From Candidatus Multivorans sp. (GTDB lineage: Bacteria; Acidobacteriota; Thermoanaerobaculia; Multivoradales; Multivoraceae): a stretch of DNA of 64,000 nt. This document shows, piece after piece, positions 1 to 10,796 of the stretch. Both the position numbers and the translations under genes were made by a program. A model generated the notes under the pieces. The model searched no databases. It was not told the DNA's origin and saw only the letters and a list, made by a program, of their open reading frames with translations. Location: the NCBI GenBank assembly GCA_965238135.1, contig OZ250177.1, positions 2,336,599 to 2,400,598 of the forward strand, written 5' to 3'. How positions within the stretch are numbered: position 1 is the first letter of the stretch; the number at the start of each line of letters is the position of its first letter.

Positions 1-1209
1 TTCGCCGTCCAGAGTGACCGTCACCGGCGCGCCGTTGCCGTTGTTCGGCGCCACCGTGACGACGGCAGGCTGACCGACCAGCACGCGGTCCGGCGCAATC
101 GAGGTCGTGCTCGTCGGCGCCACCTTCATCCCGGCCGAGCACTGGGCGCTCTGGCCGGTGTTCGTTTCGACCGTCACCATGTGCGTGAACGCATCCGCGC
201 CCTCGTGCGTCATCTCCTTCGTGTACGGGGAGGCGAGCGGCTGACCGTCGAGGAGAACCCGAGCCACCTCGGCGCCGTGACCGGCCTTCGGCACCACGGT
301 CAACACGGACGATTGCCCCAGTTCGACCGCGGCCGGCGAGGCGGCGACGCTGCAGCTCGGGCAGCCGACCGCGATCGCGCTGCTCACGGAGTCCTCGAGC
401 GGGTCGCCGCGCGACGACATCGCGGTGCATGTCGCGGTGACCGTGTAGTCGCCCTCGGTCGTGAACGGGAAGGACCCGCCACCGGCGCCCGCTGCCCTTT
501 CGCTGCCGTCCGGCAGCTTGACGGTCACCGAAGCGTTGCCGTCGCTGCACGAACTCTGGAAGTCGAAGGTCTTGTCCGTGCAGGAGAGGCCTCCGATGTC
601 GAGGTCGAGTGTGACCTTGGGCAACGGCTGCTCCGCCAGGAGCGCCAGGTTGCCGCACGATTCGGGCACGATCATCGAGTACCAGCGCCCGTTCGAGTTG
701 AAGCGGATCTCCCAGGCCTCGAACGCTTCGTCGCCGGCCCAGCACAGATTCGTACCGACCCTCGGCGTTCGGCCGCCGTAGCGGAAGAACATCCACTGAA
801 TCCGCCGCCCTGGTTCGAACGTGGCCGACGTGACCCCCTGCCAGGCGGCGACGGCCGCGAACAGATCGTCCGCGTCGCCCGACCAGTTCGCCTCGCCGAG
901 CATCGCGATGATCTCGTCGCGATAGTCCACGAACAGGGCCTGGAGCCCCGCCTGATCTCCCACCGGCGGCGAGAACCGGTTGGCGCCACCGAGGCGAGTG
1001 ATCGACAGAGCGCCCTCACATTGCTGAGCAGTGGCGGGCACGGCGGTCAGACTCAGGCCTCCAACGAGGAGCAGAATCGGGATCAGCCGCACCGAAGTGC
1101 CACCCGAGCGCCCGATGACGGGCGCTCGGAACAAGTCACGGGTGGCGCAAGATCGCGCCACCCGGGTTCGGGCGGCGGCGCAACAAGCGAGCCAACGGCA
1201 CTGGGACAT
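1..1209 (-). CDS. Partial (3'-truncated by window edge) secreted repetitive protein, hypothetical; ATG at 1209 on minus strand
   Basis: Hand-translated minus strand from ATG (revcomp of cat 1207-1209) preceded by GGAGA RBS; open to window start, high GC3 codons, hydrophobic signal-like stretch (VRLIPILLLVGGLSLTAVPATAQQ), repeated V-T-V-A-P-N/K-G segments; not in ORF track because it runs off the edge. Confidence 0.5.
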   Translation of the reverse strand, partial: MSQCRWLACCAAARTRVARSCATRDLFRAPVIGRSGGTSVRLIPILLLVGGLSLTAVPATAQQCEGALSITRLGGANRFSPPVGDQAGLQALFVDYRDEIIAMLGEANWSGDADDLFAAVAAWQGVTSATFEPGRRIQWMFFRYGGRTPRVGTNLCWAGDEAFEAWEIRFNSNGRWYSMIVPESCGNLALLAEQPLPKVTLDLDIGGLSCTDKTFDFQSSCSDGNASVTVKLPDGSERAAGAGGGSFPFTTEGDYTVTATCTAMSSRGDPLEDSVSSAIAVGCPSCSVAASPAAVELGQSSVLTVVPKAGHGAEVARVLLDGQPLASPYTKEMTHEGADAFTHMVTVETNTGQSAQCSAGMKVAPTSTTSIAPDRVLVGQPAVVTVAPNNGNGAPVTVTLDGE

Positions 1210-1360
1210 GACTTCGTCTCCTTGAGTTTCCCAGCCGCGGTCCGCGTGACCGTGCGGGCCGGAGCAGCGTATGTCCAATCATGTCAACACTTAGCCGGGT
1301 TGACAAATGCCGGCGACCAACCGTGGCGCGTGCTTCAACGGCGCCGGCAGGTGCGACGCT

Positions 1361-2860
1361 ATGATACCCGACCGATCGGCCATCCCCGACACCAAAACGG
1401 AAGCCGCGATTGCGGTGCGCGAAGGCGAGAAACGAGTGCATAACCTCGAAAACCGGCCCCTCGGAAGCAGTGAACGACCGCTCCGCGTCGCCGTGATCGG
1501 CTCCGGGCCGAGCGGCTTTTACGCGATCGCGGCGCTGTTCAAGGTGGACGGCGTCGAAGCCGATGTCGACCTGTTCGACCGCCTGCCGACGCCCTTCGGC
1601 CTGGTGCGCGGCGGCGTCGCCCCCGATCACCAGAAGATCAAGAACGTGATCCGGGTCTACAACCGCACCGCACAGCATGAGCGTTTCCGCTTCTTCGGCA
1701 ACGTGGAACTCGGCCCCGATATTTCGGTTGACGATCTTCGCCGGCACTACGACCACATCGTCTACGCCACCGGCAACGAGTCGGACCGCAAGATGGGGAT
1801 CCCGGGTGAAGACCTCCCGGGCGTCCACTCGGCGACCGAGTTCGTTGGCTGGTACAACGGACATCCCGACTTCCAGGATCGCAGCTTCGATCTCGCCGCG
1901 GCGCGTCGGATCGCGGTGGTCGGCAACGGCAACGTGGCCATGGACGTGACTCGGGTTCTGGCCCGCAGCACCGACGAACTGGCCCCCACCGACATCACCG
2001 CCGAGTCGCTTGCCGTGCTCCGTCAAAGCGCGGTCGAAGAGGTCGTCCTGCTCGGCCGCCGGGGACCGGCGCAGGCAGCGTTCTCGCCCCAGGAGATCAA
2101 GGAAATCGGTTCGCTCGAGGGCGTCAGCCTGCTGGTGTCGGAGGAGGAGATGGACCTGGAGGAGATCAGCAGCACCTGGCTGGAGGAAAGCGCCGCGCCC
2201 AGCGCCCGCCGCAACGTCATCTACCTGAGCGAAATCGCCGGCGCCGAAGCGACGGCCGGCGACCGCCTTGTCAGTTGCCGTTTCCTGGTCTCACCGATCG
2301 AACTCCAGGCCGGCGAAGACGGCCGGGTGGCTCAGGTCGTGATCGAGAAGAACGAGCTCTACGCCTCCGACGACGGAACGCCCCGTCCCCGCGGCACCGG
2401 CGAGACCGAGACCCTGGATGTCGACCTCGTCTTCAAGGCGGTCGGCTACCGCGGCGTCCCCCTGCCCGGCGTCCCCTTCCACGAGCGCTGGGGCATCCTG
2501 CCGAACGACGAGGGCCGGCTGCTGCAGTCGGAAGACGGCAGCGTGGTTCCGGGCCAGTACGCCGTCGGCTGGGCCAAGCGCGGCCCGACCGGCCTGATCG
2601 GCACCAACAGCCCCGATTCGACCGCCACGGTCAAGAAGATGATCGAGGACATCGACGGCGTGACCGCCTCGGCCGACCCCGCCAAGGCCCCGGAGAAGGT
2701 CGTCGAACTCCTCCGCGAACGCGGCGTCGACTTCGTGACCTTCGACGACTGGAACCGCCTCGACGAGGACGAGGTCCGTCTGGGCGAGGCTCAGAACAAG
2801 GTGCGAGAGAAGTACACCAACGTAGCGTCGATGATGGCGGCTGTAGGTCGCCTCCGCTGA
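1361..2860 (+). CDS. fprA: NADPH:ferredoxin/adrenodoxin reductase (FprA-like flavoprotein)
   Basis: Rossmann motif VAVIGSGPSGFYAIAAL near N-terminus, second GNGNVAMDV NADP motif, overall FprA/adrenodoxin-reductase architecture; start taken at internal ATG 1361 (ORF opens 1307). Confidence 0.8.
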   Translation: MIPDRSAIPDTKTEAAIAVREGEKRVHNLENRPLGSSERPLRVAVIGSGPSGFYAIAALFKVDGVEADVDLFDRLPTPFGLVRGGVAPDHQKIKNVIRVYNRTAQHERFRFFGNVELGPDISVDDLRRHYDHIVYATGNESDRKMGIPGEDLPGVHSATEFVGWYNGHPDFQDRSFDLAAARRIAVVGNGNVAMDVTRVLARSTDELAPTDITAESLAVLRQSAVEEVVLLGRRGPAQAAFSPQEIKEIGSLEGVSLLVSEEEMDLEEISSTWLEESAAPSARRNVIYLSEIAGAEATAGDRLVSCRFLVSPIELQAGEDGRVAQVVIEKNELYASDDGTPRPRGTGETETLDVDLVFKAVGYRGVPLPGVPFHERWGILPNDEGRLLQSEDGSVVPGQYAVGWAKRGPTGLIGTNSPDSTATVKKMIEDIDGVTASADPAKAPEKVVELLRERGVDFVTFDDWNRLDEDEVRLGEAQNKVREKYTNVASMMAAVGRLR

Positions 2861-2889
2861 GCCCTGGAAGCAGCCCTTGCCGAATCGAT

Positions 2890-2912
2890 GGAGGCGACCT
2901 TAGGTCGCCTCC
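2890..2912. terminator. Perfect 10-bp GC-rich stem (GGAGGCGACC / GGTCGCCTCC) with 3-nt loop between convergent fprA and pruA; likely bidirectional terminator
   Basis: Inverted repeat read directly; lies between stop of fprA (2860) and stop of pruA (2922); flanked by 17-bp direct repeat TAGGTCGCCTCCGCTGA (2844-2860 and 2901-2917). Confidence 0.5.
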
Positions 2913-2921
2913 GCTGATCCC

Positions 2922-4547
2922 TCAGCCCATGTGGGGGTACCGGTAGTCCGTCGGCGCTGCGAAGGTCTCCTTGACGGCGCGCTGGGAGGTCCAGCGCATC
3001 AGGTTGGCCATTGAGCCGGCCTTGTCGTTCGTGCCCGAGGCGCGGGCGCCGCCGAAGGGCTGCTGACCGACCACGGCGCCGGTCGGCTTGTCGTTGATGT
3101 AGAAGTTGCCGGCGGCGTGGCGCAGCGCGGCGCCGATGCTGGCGACCGCCGCGCGGTCGCGCGCGAACACGGCGCCGGTGAGCGCGTACGGGCTCGTCGT
3201 GTCGCAGAGTTCCAGCGCGTCGTCGAGCGCGCCGTCCTCGTAAACGTAGACGGTCAGGACCGGGCCGAAGATCTCCTCGCTCATCAGGCGCGACTTCGGG
3301 TTATCGCTGCGGACGACCGTCGGCTCCACGAAGTAGCCGGCCGAGTCGTCCCGGCCGCCGCCGGAGACCACCTCGTAGGACGCGCCGTCGGCCGCCTCGG
3401 CGAGATAGCCCGAGATGTTGTTGAACGAAGAGCGGTCGATGACCGCGGCCATGAAGTTCGAGAAGTCGACCGGCGAGCCCATCTCCACCGTCGCCAGCTC
3501 GTCGCACAGCCGCTCGCGCACCTCGCCCCAGAGCGACGCCGGGATGTAGGCCCGCGACGCCGCGGAGCACTTCTGCCCCTGGTATTCGAAGGAGCCGCGG
3601 ATCAGCGCCGTGCTCAGAGCCGCCGCATCGGCCGAGGGATGAGCGAAGACGAAGTCCTTGCCGCCCGTCTCGCCGACGATTCGCGGGTACGTTGCGTAGT
3701 GCTCGATCCGGTCGCCGATCGTCCGCCACATGCGCTGGAACACCGGCGTCGAACCTGTGAAGTGGATGCCCGCCAGATGGCGGCTGGCCAGCACCGGATC
3801 GCCCACCGTGGCGCCCGGCCCGGGGACGAAGTTGATCACTCCCGGCGGCAGACCGGCCTCTTCGAGCAGCTTGACCACGTAGTAGCCGGATAGCAGGGCC
3901 GTGGACGCAGGCTTCCACAGCACGGTGTTGCCCATGATCGCCGCCGAAGTCGGCAGGTTGCCCGCGATCGCCGTGAAGTTGAACGGCGTGACCGCGAACA
4001 CAAAGCCCTCGAGGGCCCGGTACTCGACGTAGTTCCAGATCCCGGGTGACGACACCGGCTGCTGGCCGTAGAGCTCTTCCGCGAAGGCAACGTTGAAGCG
4101 CAGGAAGTCGATCAGTTCGCACGCCGAGTCGATCTCGGCCTGGAAGCACGTCTTCGACTGGTTCAGCATCGTCGCGGCATTGACCGTCGACCGCCACGAG
4201 CCGGCGAGCAGTTCGGCGGCGCGCAGGAAGATTGCCGCGCGTTCCTCGAACGGCATCGTGGACCATTCCGGCCAGGCTTCCTGGGAGGCCGCCACCGCCG
4301 CCTCGACTTCGGCGGCGCCGGCCAGGTGGCACGTGCCGAGAACGTGGCCATGGTCGTGAGGGCAGACAACGTCCTGCGTGCGGCCGGTGCGGACTTCGCG
4401 GCCGCCGATCAGGACCGGTATCTCGACCTGCTCGCCGAGCATCCGGTCCACTCGAACCGCAAGAGCCGCGCGCTCGGCCGATCCGGGCGCGTAGTCGAGC
4501 ACGGGTTCGTTACGGGGTGCGGGTACCTGCAAGGTGCCGTTCGGCAT
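2922..4547 (-). CDS. pruA: L-glutamate gamma-semialdehyde (1-pyrroline-5-carboxylate) dehydrogenase
   Basis: 541-aa aldehyde dehydrogenase family protein with P5CDH-type sequence (GETGGKDF, EYQGQKCSA catalytic Cys region, C-terminal RASGTNDKAGS motif). Confidence 0.9.
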   Translation of the reverse strand: MPNGTLQVPAPRNEPVLDYAPGSAERAALAVRVDRMLGEQVEIPVLIGGREVRTGRTQDVVCPHDHGHVLGTCHLAGAAEVEAAVAASQEAWPEWSTMPFEERAAIFLRAAELLAGSWRSTVNAATMLNQSKTCFQAEIDSACELIDFLRFNVAFAEELYGQQPVSSPGIWNYVEYRALEGFVFAVTPFNFTAIAGNLPTSAAIMGNTVLWKPASTALLSGYYVVKLLEEAGLPPGVINFVPGPGATVGDPVLASRHLAGIHFTGSTPVFQRMWRTIGDRIEHYATYPRIVGETGGKDFVFAHPSADAAALSTALIRGSFEYQGQKCSAASRAYIPASLWGEVRERLCDELATVEMGSPVDFSNFMAAVIDRSSFNNISGYLAEAADGASYEVVSGGGRDDSAGYFVEPTVVRSDNPKSRLMSEEIFGPVLTVYVYEDGALDDALELCDTTSPYALTGAVFARDRAAVASIGAALRHAAGNFYINDKPTGAVVGQQPFGGARASGTNDKAGSMANLMRWTSQRAVKETFAAPTDYRYPHMG

Positions 4548-4595
4548 TTCTGTTGATCTCCTGGGAAGGGTGTTTCTGGCTGCGCGGCGCTGGTC

Positions 4596-4976
4596 CTAGA
4601 AACCCGCCGGAGGCGCCGGACCTTCCAACATTCTCCAGGCGAACACGAGAATGCCGGCGATCAGCAGCGTGCCGCCGATCGGCGTGACGGCGCCCAGCCA
4701 CCGCGGCCCGCCGAGGGCAATGGCCGCCACCGTACCCGAGAAGATCAGGGAGCCGGCGAACAGCAACCAGCCGGCGAGTCGCAGGTCGACGCTCGAAACG
4801 CGCCCGGCAAGGCCCAGGATGCACACCACGACTCCGCCGTACATGAAGTAGCGGGCCGCCGTCTCCCACAGCGCCAGGTGCTCCGTGTCGAGAGCGGACC
4901 GCAGCCCGTGGGCGCCGAAGGCCCCGGCGCCCACCGAGGCGGCGCACATCAGTAATCCGACAACCAGCCAGTTCAT
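4596..4976 (-). CDS. DUF423 family small membrane protein
   Basis: 126 aa, 4 TM helices, GAFGAHGL motif typical of DUF423/YgdD-like proteins. Confidence 0.8.
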   Translation of the reverse strand: MNWLVVGLLMCAASVGAGAFGAHGLRSALDTEHLALWETAARYFMYGGVVVCILGLAGRVSSVDLRLAGWLLFAGSLIFSGTVAAIALGGPRWLGAVTPIGGTLLIAGILVFAWRMLEGPAPPAGF

Positions 4977-5022
4977 TCGCAGCAGCCCCAGCCCGTCTTG
5001 GGCGTGGGCTATCGTAGCAACC

Positions 5023-6138
5023 GTGGCAACGCCTCTGACCGCGCTGGAAGAAGAGCTCGCAAAGGTCCTGCCGATCTACGCCGAGAGCCCGTGGCTCCAA
5101 CTGCTGGCGGTCGCGCTGCTCTCGGCGGTGGTCGCCTGGCTGGTTTCGCTCTTCCTCGAGAAGGTGGTCGGACGGGTGTTCGCCCGCACCGCGACCGAAG
5201 TCGACGACCGGCTGCTCGCTGCTGCCCACTGGCCGCTCTTCGTCTCGGTCTTCCTCATCGGGCTGCGCATCGGCATTGAGCGGCTGCAGCTCGCCACCGA
5301 GGCTGAGAGGGCGATCGGCAACCTGCTGCAGACCGTAGCTCTCCTGTTCTGGGCCGTCGGCGGGCTCCGCGTCTCGACTGTCCTGCTCCGGGCGATATCC
5401 CGGCGCCGGCAGCGAGGAACTCTCGTCTCCAGGCACACACAGCCCCTGTTCGAGAACCTGGCCAAAGTAGCGATCGTCCTGCTCGGCGCCTACCTGGCAA
5501 TCAAGATCTGGGGCGCCGACGTCTCGGGCCTCCTCGCCGCGGGCGGCATCGCCGGACTCACGATCGGCTTCGCGGCCCGCGACACGCTGGCGAACCTCTT
5601 CGCCGGCATCTTCATCTTCGCGGACGGGCCCTACAAGATCGGCGACTTCATCACGCTGGACTCAGGCGAACGCGGCATGGTCACCGAGATCGGCATCCGA
5701 AGCACCCGCCTGCTCACGCGTGACGACATCGAAATCACGATTCCCAACGCGGTGATGGGGAACGCCAAGATCAACAACGAGAGCGGCGGCCCCCACGTCA
5801 AGTACCGGATCCGGGTGCGGGTCGGGGTCGCCTACCGAAGCGACGTCGATCAGGTCGAAGCCGTGCAGCTTCAGGTGGCCGCGGACAACGTCAATGTTTG
5901 CCACGAGCCCGAGCCTCGCGTAAGGTTTCGCGCCTTCGGCAACTCGTCCGTCGACTACGAGCTGCTGTGCTGGGTCGAGGAGCCGGTGCTCCGCGGCATC
6001 GTCACACACGAGCTGTTGAAGGCGACGCACAAGGCGTTCGCCACCGCCGGGATCGAGATCCCGTTCAACCAGCACGACATCTACATCAAGGAAGCACCGC
6101 CGCGGCAATCGCGCGGCAGCGAGCCAGCGGTCGACTGA
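5023..6138 (+). CDS. mscS: Mechanosensitive ion channel, MscS family
   Basis: N-terminal TM helices followed by conserved MscS pore helix (GIAGLTIGFAARDTLANLFAGIFI) and beta domain; ORF opens at 4885 but overlaps DUF423 gene on opposite strand, so start placed at in-frame GTG 5023 (uncertain). Confidence 0.8.
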   Translation: MATPLTALEEELAKVLPIYAESPWLQLLAVALLSAVVAWLVSLFLEKVVGRVFARTATEVDDRLLAAAHWPLFVSVFLIGLRIGIERLQLATEAERAIGNLLQTVALLFWAVGGLRVSTVLLRAISRRRQRGTLVSRHTQPLFENLAKVAIVLLGAYLAIKIWGADVSGLLAAGGIAGLTIGFAARDTLANLFAGIFIFADGPYKIGDFITLDSGERGMVTEIGIRSTRLLTRDDIEITIPNAVMGNAKINNESGGPHVKYRIRVRVGVAYRSDVDQVEAVQLQVAADNVNVCHEPEPRVRFRAFGNSSVDYELLCWVEEPVLRGIVTHELLKATHKAFATAGIEIPFNQHDIYIKEAPPRQSRGSEPAVD

Positions 6139-6195
6139 CGAAGACCGCGCCTGACAGCCCACAAGCGGCTGGCCCGCGCTTCAAACGAGAACGGA

Positions 6196-8046
<1,851 letters not shown>

Positions 8047-8064
8047 ACCTAAGCCCATTCGAGC

Positions 8065-9453
8065 TCAACTCGCCAGTGCGCTCCACGTCCGGCGCGGGAA
8101 CCGGCGGCCAAGCCCGCGCTGAATCTCACGCCACTTGCGCTCTTCGTCCGGCGTGATGAAGGTCACCGCCTCTCCGGAACGCCCCATGCGCCCGGTCCGC
8201 CCGACGCGGTGCGTGAAGAGTTGCTGCGAGTCCGGGAGGTCGAAGTTGATGACCTTGCCGATGCCGTCAACGTCCAGGCCTCGGGCAGCCACGTTGGTCG
8301 CCACCAGGATCGGCGCGGCGCCGGAACGAAAACCCCTCATCACGCGCTCACGGGCGCCTTGGCTGAGGTTCCCCTGAAGCGCCCCGACCGGATAACCCAA
8401 CGAGCCGAGCTTCTTGGCCAGTTTCCTGACGCCGTGCTTGGTCCTGCCGAAGACGAGAATCGGGGCGCCGTTTCGTTCGTCCAGCAGCGTCTGCAGCGCG
8501 CTGATCTTGTCGTCCTTCCGGATCGAGAAGATCACGTGCTCCACCGTGGGCACTTGACGGCCGGGGTCGATTTCGACCCTTACCGGGTTGCGCAGATACT
8601 GCTTCGCGGTCTGAGCCACCCAGTTGGGCATGGTCGCCGAGAAGAGCGCCGTCTGCCGTGAAGCGGGCGTGCGGCTGAGGATCGCCTCGACATCGCGGGC
8701 AAAACCCTGGTCCAGCATTTCGTCCGCCTCATCAAGGACGAGGAACCGCACACCTCCCAGATCGAGGGCGCCCTGACGCAGGTGGTCCAACGTGCGGCCA
8801 GGTGTCCCCACGATCACATGGGCTCCCCGCCTCAACGCCGCCTGATCACGCCTTACCGGCCGGCCGCCGTACAACGCCGTCACGCGCAAGCGCGACGAAG
8901 TCAGGCCGGAGAGGACTCCGGCCACCTGGATGGCCAGCTCCCGTGTCGGCGTCAGCACCAGCGCCTGCACCCGCCGTGCAGAGGGATCGCAAAGCTCAGC
9001 GATGGGCGCTGCAAAGGCCAGGGTCTTCCCCGACCCCGTCAGCGCCTGCCCGAGCAGGTCCCGCCCAGCCAACAAATGGGGGATGGCCTGCTCCTGAATC
9101 GGCGTCGGCTCAGAAATACCCATGCGGGCAATCGCCGCCCTGGTCGCACTCGTGAGCGCAATCCCAGGAAACACGCCGCTGCCGTCGGTGTCCTGGCCGC
9201 GATCAGCAGTCGGTCCAACCGGGCGATGGACGCGGTTCACGGCGCCGTTGGCCGGAGCGGTGTTCACGGCGGCAGAAGGGCCGTGGCGACGGTTGGTGAA
9301 GCAGGAGCGGCAGTAGACCGGCCTGCCGGGGGCGGGCCGGAAGGGCACGGTTGTCGAGGTATCGCACTCGGCGCAGACGGCCTCGTGGCTCGGTTTGGGG
9401 CCGGACGGACGTCGGCTGGTCGAGAAAGATTTCTTTGGCATTCTTCTGGGCAT
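8065..9453 (-). CDS. DEAD-box ATP-dependent RNA helicase with N-terminal CxxC-x17-CxxC zinc-ribbon
   Basis: Q-motif/Walker A (TGSGKTLAF), DEAD (VLDEADEM), SAT, HRVGRTGRMG motifs; N-terminal CAECDTSTTVPFRPAPGRPVYCRSC motif. Confidence 0.9.
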   Translation of the reverse strand: MPRRMPKKSFSTSRRPSGPKPSHEAVCAECDTSTTVPFRPAPGRPVYCRSCFTNRRHGPSAAVNTAPANGAVNRVHRPVGPTADRGQDTDGSGVFPGIALTSATRAAIARMGISEPTPIQEQAIPHLLAGRDLLGQALTGSGKTLAFAAPIAELCDPSARRVQALVLTPTRELAIQVAGVLSGLTSSRLRVTALYGGRPVRRDQAALRRGAHVIVGTPGRTLDHLRQGALDLGGVRFLVLDEADEMLDQGFARDVEAILSRTPASRQTALFSATMPNWVAQTAKQYLRNPVRVEIDPGRQVPTVEHVIFSIRKDDKISALQTLLDERNGAPILVFGRTKHGVRKLAKKLGSLGYPVGALQGNLSQGARERVMRGFRSGAAPILVATNVAARGLDVDGIGKVINFDLPDSQQLFTHRVGRTGRMGRSGEAVTFITPDEERKWREIQRGLGRRFPRRTWSALAS

Positions 9454-9519
9454 AGAGAGACAGACTCCTTAGGTCCTAAGGCATAACGAAACAGGCGATT
9501 CGGCGCGGGTGAGAAGCAG

Positions 9520-9537
9520 GGTGAACCAATGTTCACC
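9520..9537. promoter_or_regulatory. Perfect 7-bp inverted repeat GGTGAAC-caat-GTTCACC about 70 nt upstream of the helicase start; candidate operator or 5'-UTR element
   Basis: Read directly in 300-bp intergenic region between helicase (minus) and ADH (plus); TGAACC repeated again 8 nt downstream. Confidence 0.3.
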
Positions 9538-9751
9538 GTTGCGTGAACCTCGGCGCGGCAATCAAGCGCTGTGGTCGTTATGACGACCAGGGGCTGCTAG
9601 CTAGACCCGGCGTAAGCGCGGACCGTACACGACTTCGCCCTCCCAGTCAAAGCGAAGGTCGGTCCGGCGTTCGGTCCGGCGACAGACGGACCCGAGGGAA
9701 TGGCCGCAGCGCCGTGGCGCTAGGATGGCCGCCAGTCGACAATGAGATGAG

Positions 9752-10768
9752 ATGAAGGTCGCGCGCACAACGGCCGACGGCAGCCTGGAACTCGCTGAGG
9801 CGCCCGAGCCGGCGATCAAGGGCGGCGAGGCGCTGATCGAGCTCCTCTGTTGCGGCCTGTGCGGCACGGACCTCTACAAGCTGGCCGACGCCGGACGGAC
9901 GGCGGGAGAAGTGCTGGGGCACGAAGTCGTCGGCACGGTGATCGACAGCCGCACCGATCACCTGAATCCCGGCGACCGGGTCGTGGTCCCACACCATGCA
10001 CCGTGCGGCGAGTGCCGGCTGTGCCGGAGCGGGGCCGAGACGATGTGCCCCCAGTTCGCCGAGAACCTGCTCGATCCCGGCGGCTTCAGCGAACGGATCC
10101 GGCTGCGGGCCCGGGCCGTCGAACGCACCGTGCGACGGCTCGACGACGGACTTGCTGACGAGGCCGCGGTGTTCGTCGAACCGGCGGCCTGCGTGCTGCG
10201 CGGGATCGACCGCGCCGGGTTGCGAAGCGAAGCGCCGGAGGTAGTCGTCATCGGCGCCGGATCGATGGGTCTGCTCCACCTGCTGGTGCTGCGCGCCGTG
10301 TTCCCGGAGAGTCGGATCGTTCTAGCCGAGCCGGACCAGGACCGCCGCAAGACGGCGCGGCGCCTCGGCGCCGATGCTGCCGTCGCACCCGAGCGGATCG
10401 TCGAGGTCTCGGGCAGTGGCAGGCCATCGGGCGGCGCCGACGCCGTCTTCGACACCGCCGGCGGTCAGGCCGCCTTCGACCTGGCCCTGCAGGCCACCCG
10501 GCCGGGTGGGCGCGTCGTCCTCTTCGCCCACGCCGCGCACGACGCCCGCGTCACCTTCGACATCAACGCCGTGTTCAAGTCCGAGCGCCAGGTCATCGGC
10601 GCCTACTCCGGGTCGCCCGCGGAGCAGACCCGCGTGCTCGACCTGCTGAGCCAGGGCGTGTTCGATCCTACGCCCCTGGTCACCCACCGCCTTCCCTTGG
10701 CCCGAGCCGCCGAAGCGGTCGATCTGTGCCGCCGGCACGAAGCGCTCAAGGTACTGTTGCGCCCCTGA
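9752..10768 (+). CDS. Zinc-dependent alcohol dehydrogenase (MDR superfamily, threonine/sorbitol dehydrogenase-like)
   Basis: Catalytic Zn ligands (C..GHE..G), structural-Zn Cys cluster CGECRLCRSG, GxGxxG (VIGAGSMGLL) Rossmann motif. Confidence 0.85.
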   Translation: MKVARTTADGSLELAEAPEPAIKGGEALIELLCCGLCGTDLYKLADAGRTAGEVLGHEVVGTVIDSRTDHLNPGDRVVVPHHAPCGECRLCRSGAETMCPQFAENLLDPGGFSERIRLRARAVERTVRRLDDGLADEAAVFVEPAACVLRGIDRAGLRSEAPEVVVIGAGSMGLLHLLVLRAVFPESRIVLAEPDQDRRKTARRLGADAAVAPERIVEVSGSGRPSGGADAVFDTAGGQAAFDLALQATRPGGRVVLFAHAAHDARVTFDINAVFKSERQVIGAYSGSPAEQTRVLDLLSQGVFDPTPLVTHRLPLARAAEAVDLCRRHEALKVLLRP

Positions 10769-10796
10769 TTCGCCGTCTGCGCGCCGGAGAAGACCC

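Noticed and set aside
181-1443. 420-aa plus-strand ORF (Arg/Ala-rich)
   Set aside because: Antisense to the real secreted-protein gene on the minus strand (1..1209); composition is typical of high-GC shadow ORFs.
3301-4332. 343-aa minus-strand Arg-rich ORF, plus the 258-aa plus-strand ORF 3117..3893
   Set aside because: Alternative frames within pruA; no motifs, extreme Arg/Gly composition.
9453-9752. Possible tRNA or small RNA in the 300-bp helicase/ADH intergenic region
   Set aside because: No T-loop (GTTCRANYC) or cloverleaf-compatible pairing found by eye; only a palindrome, reported as a possible operator.
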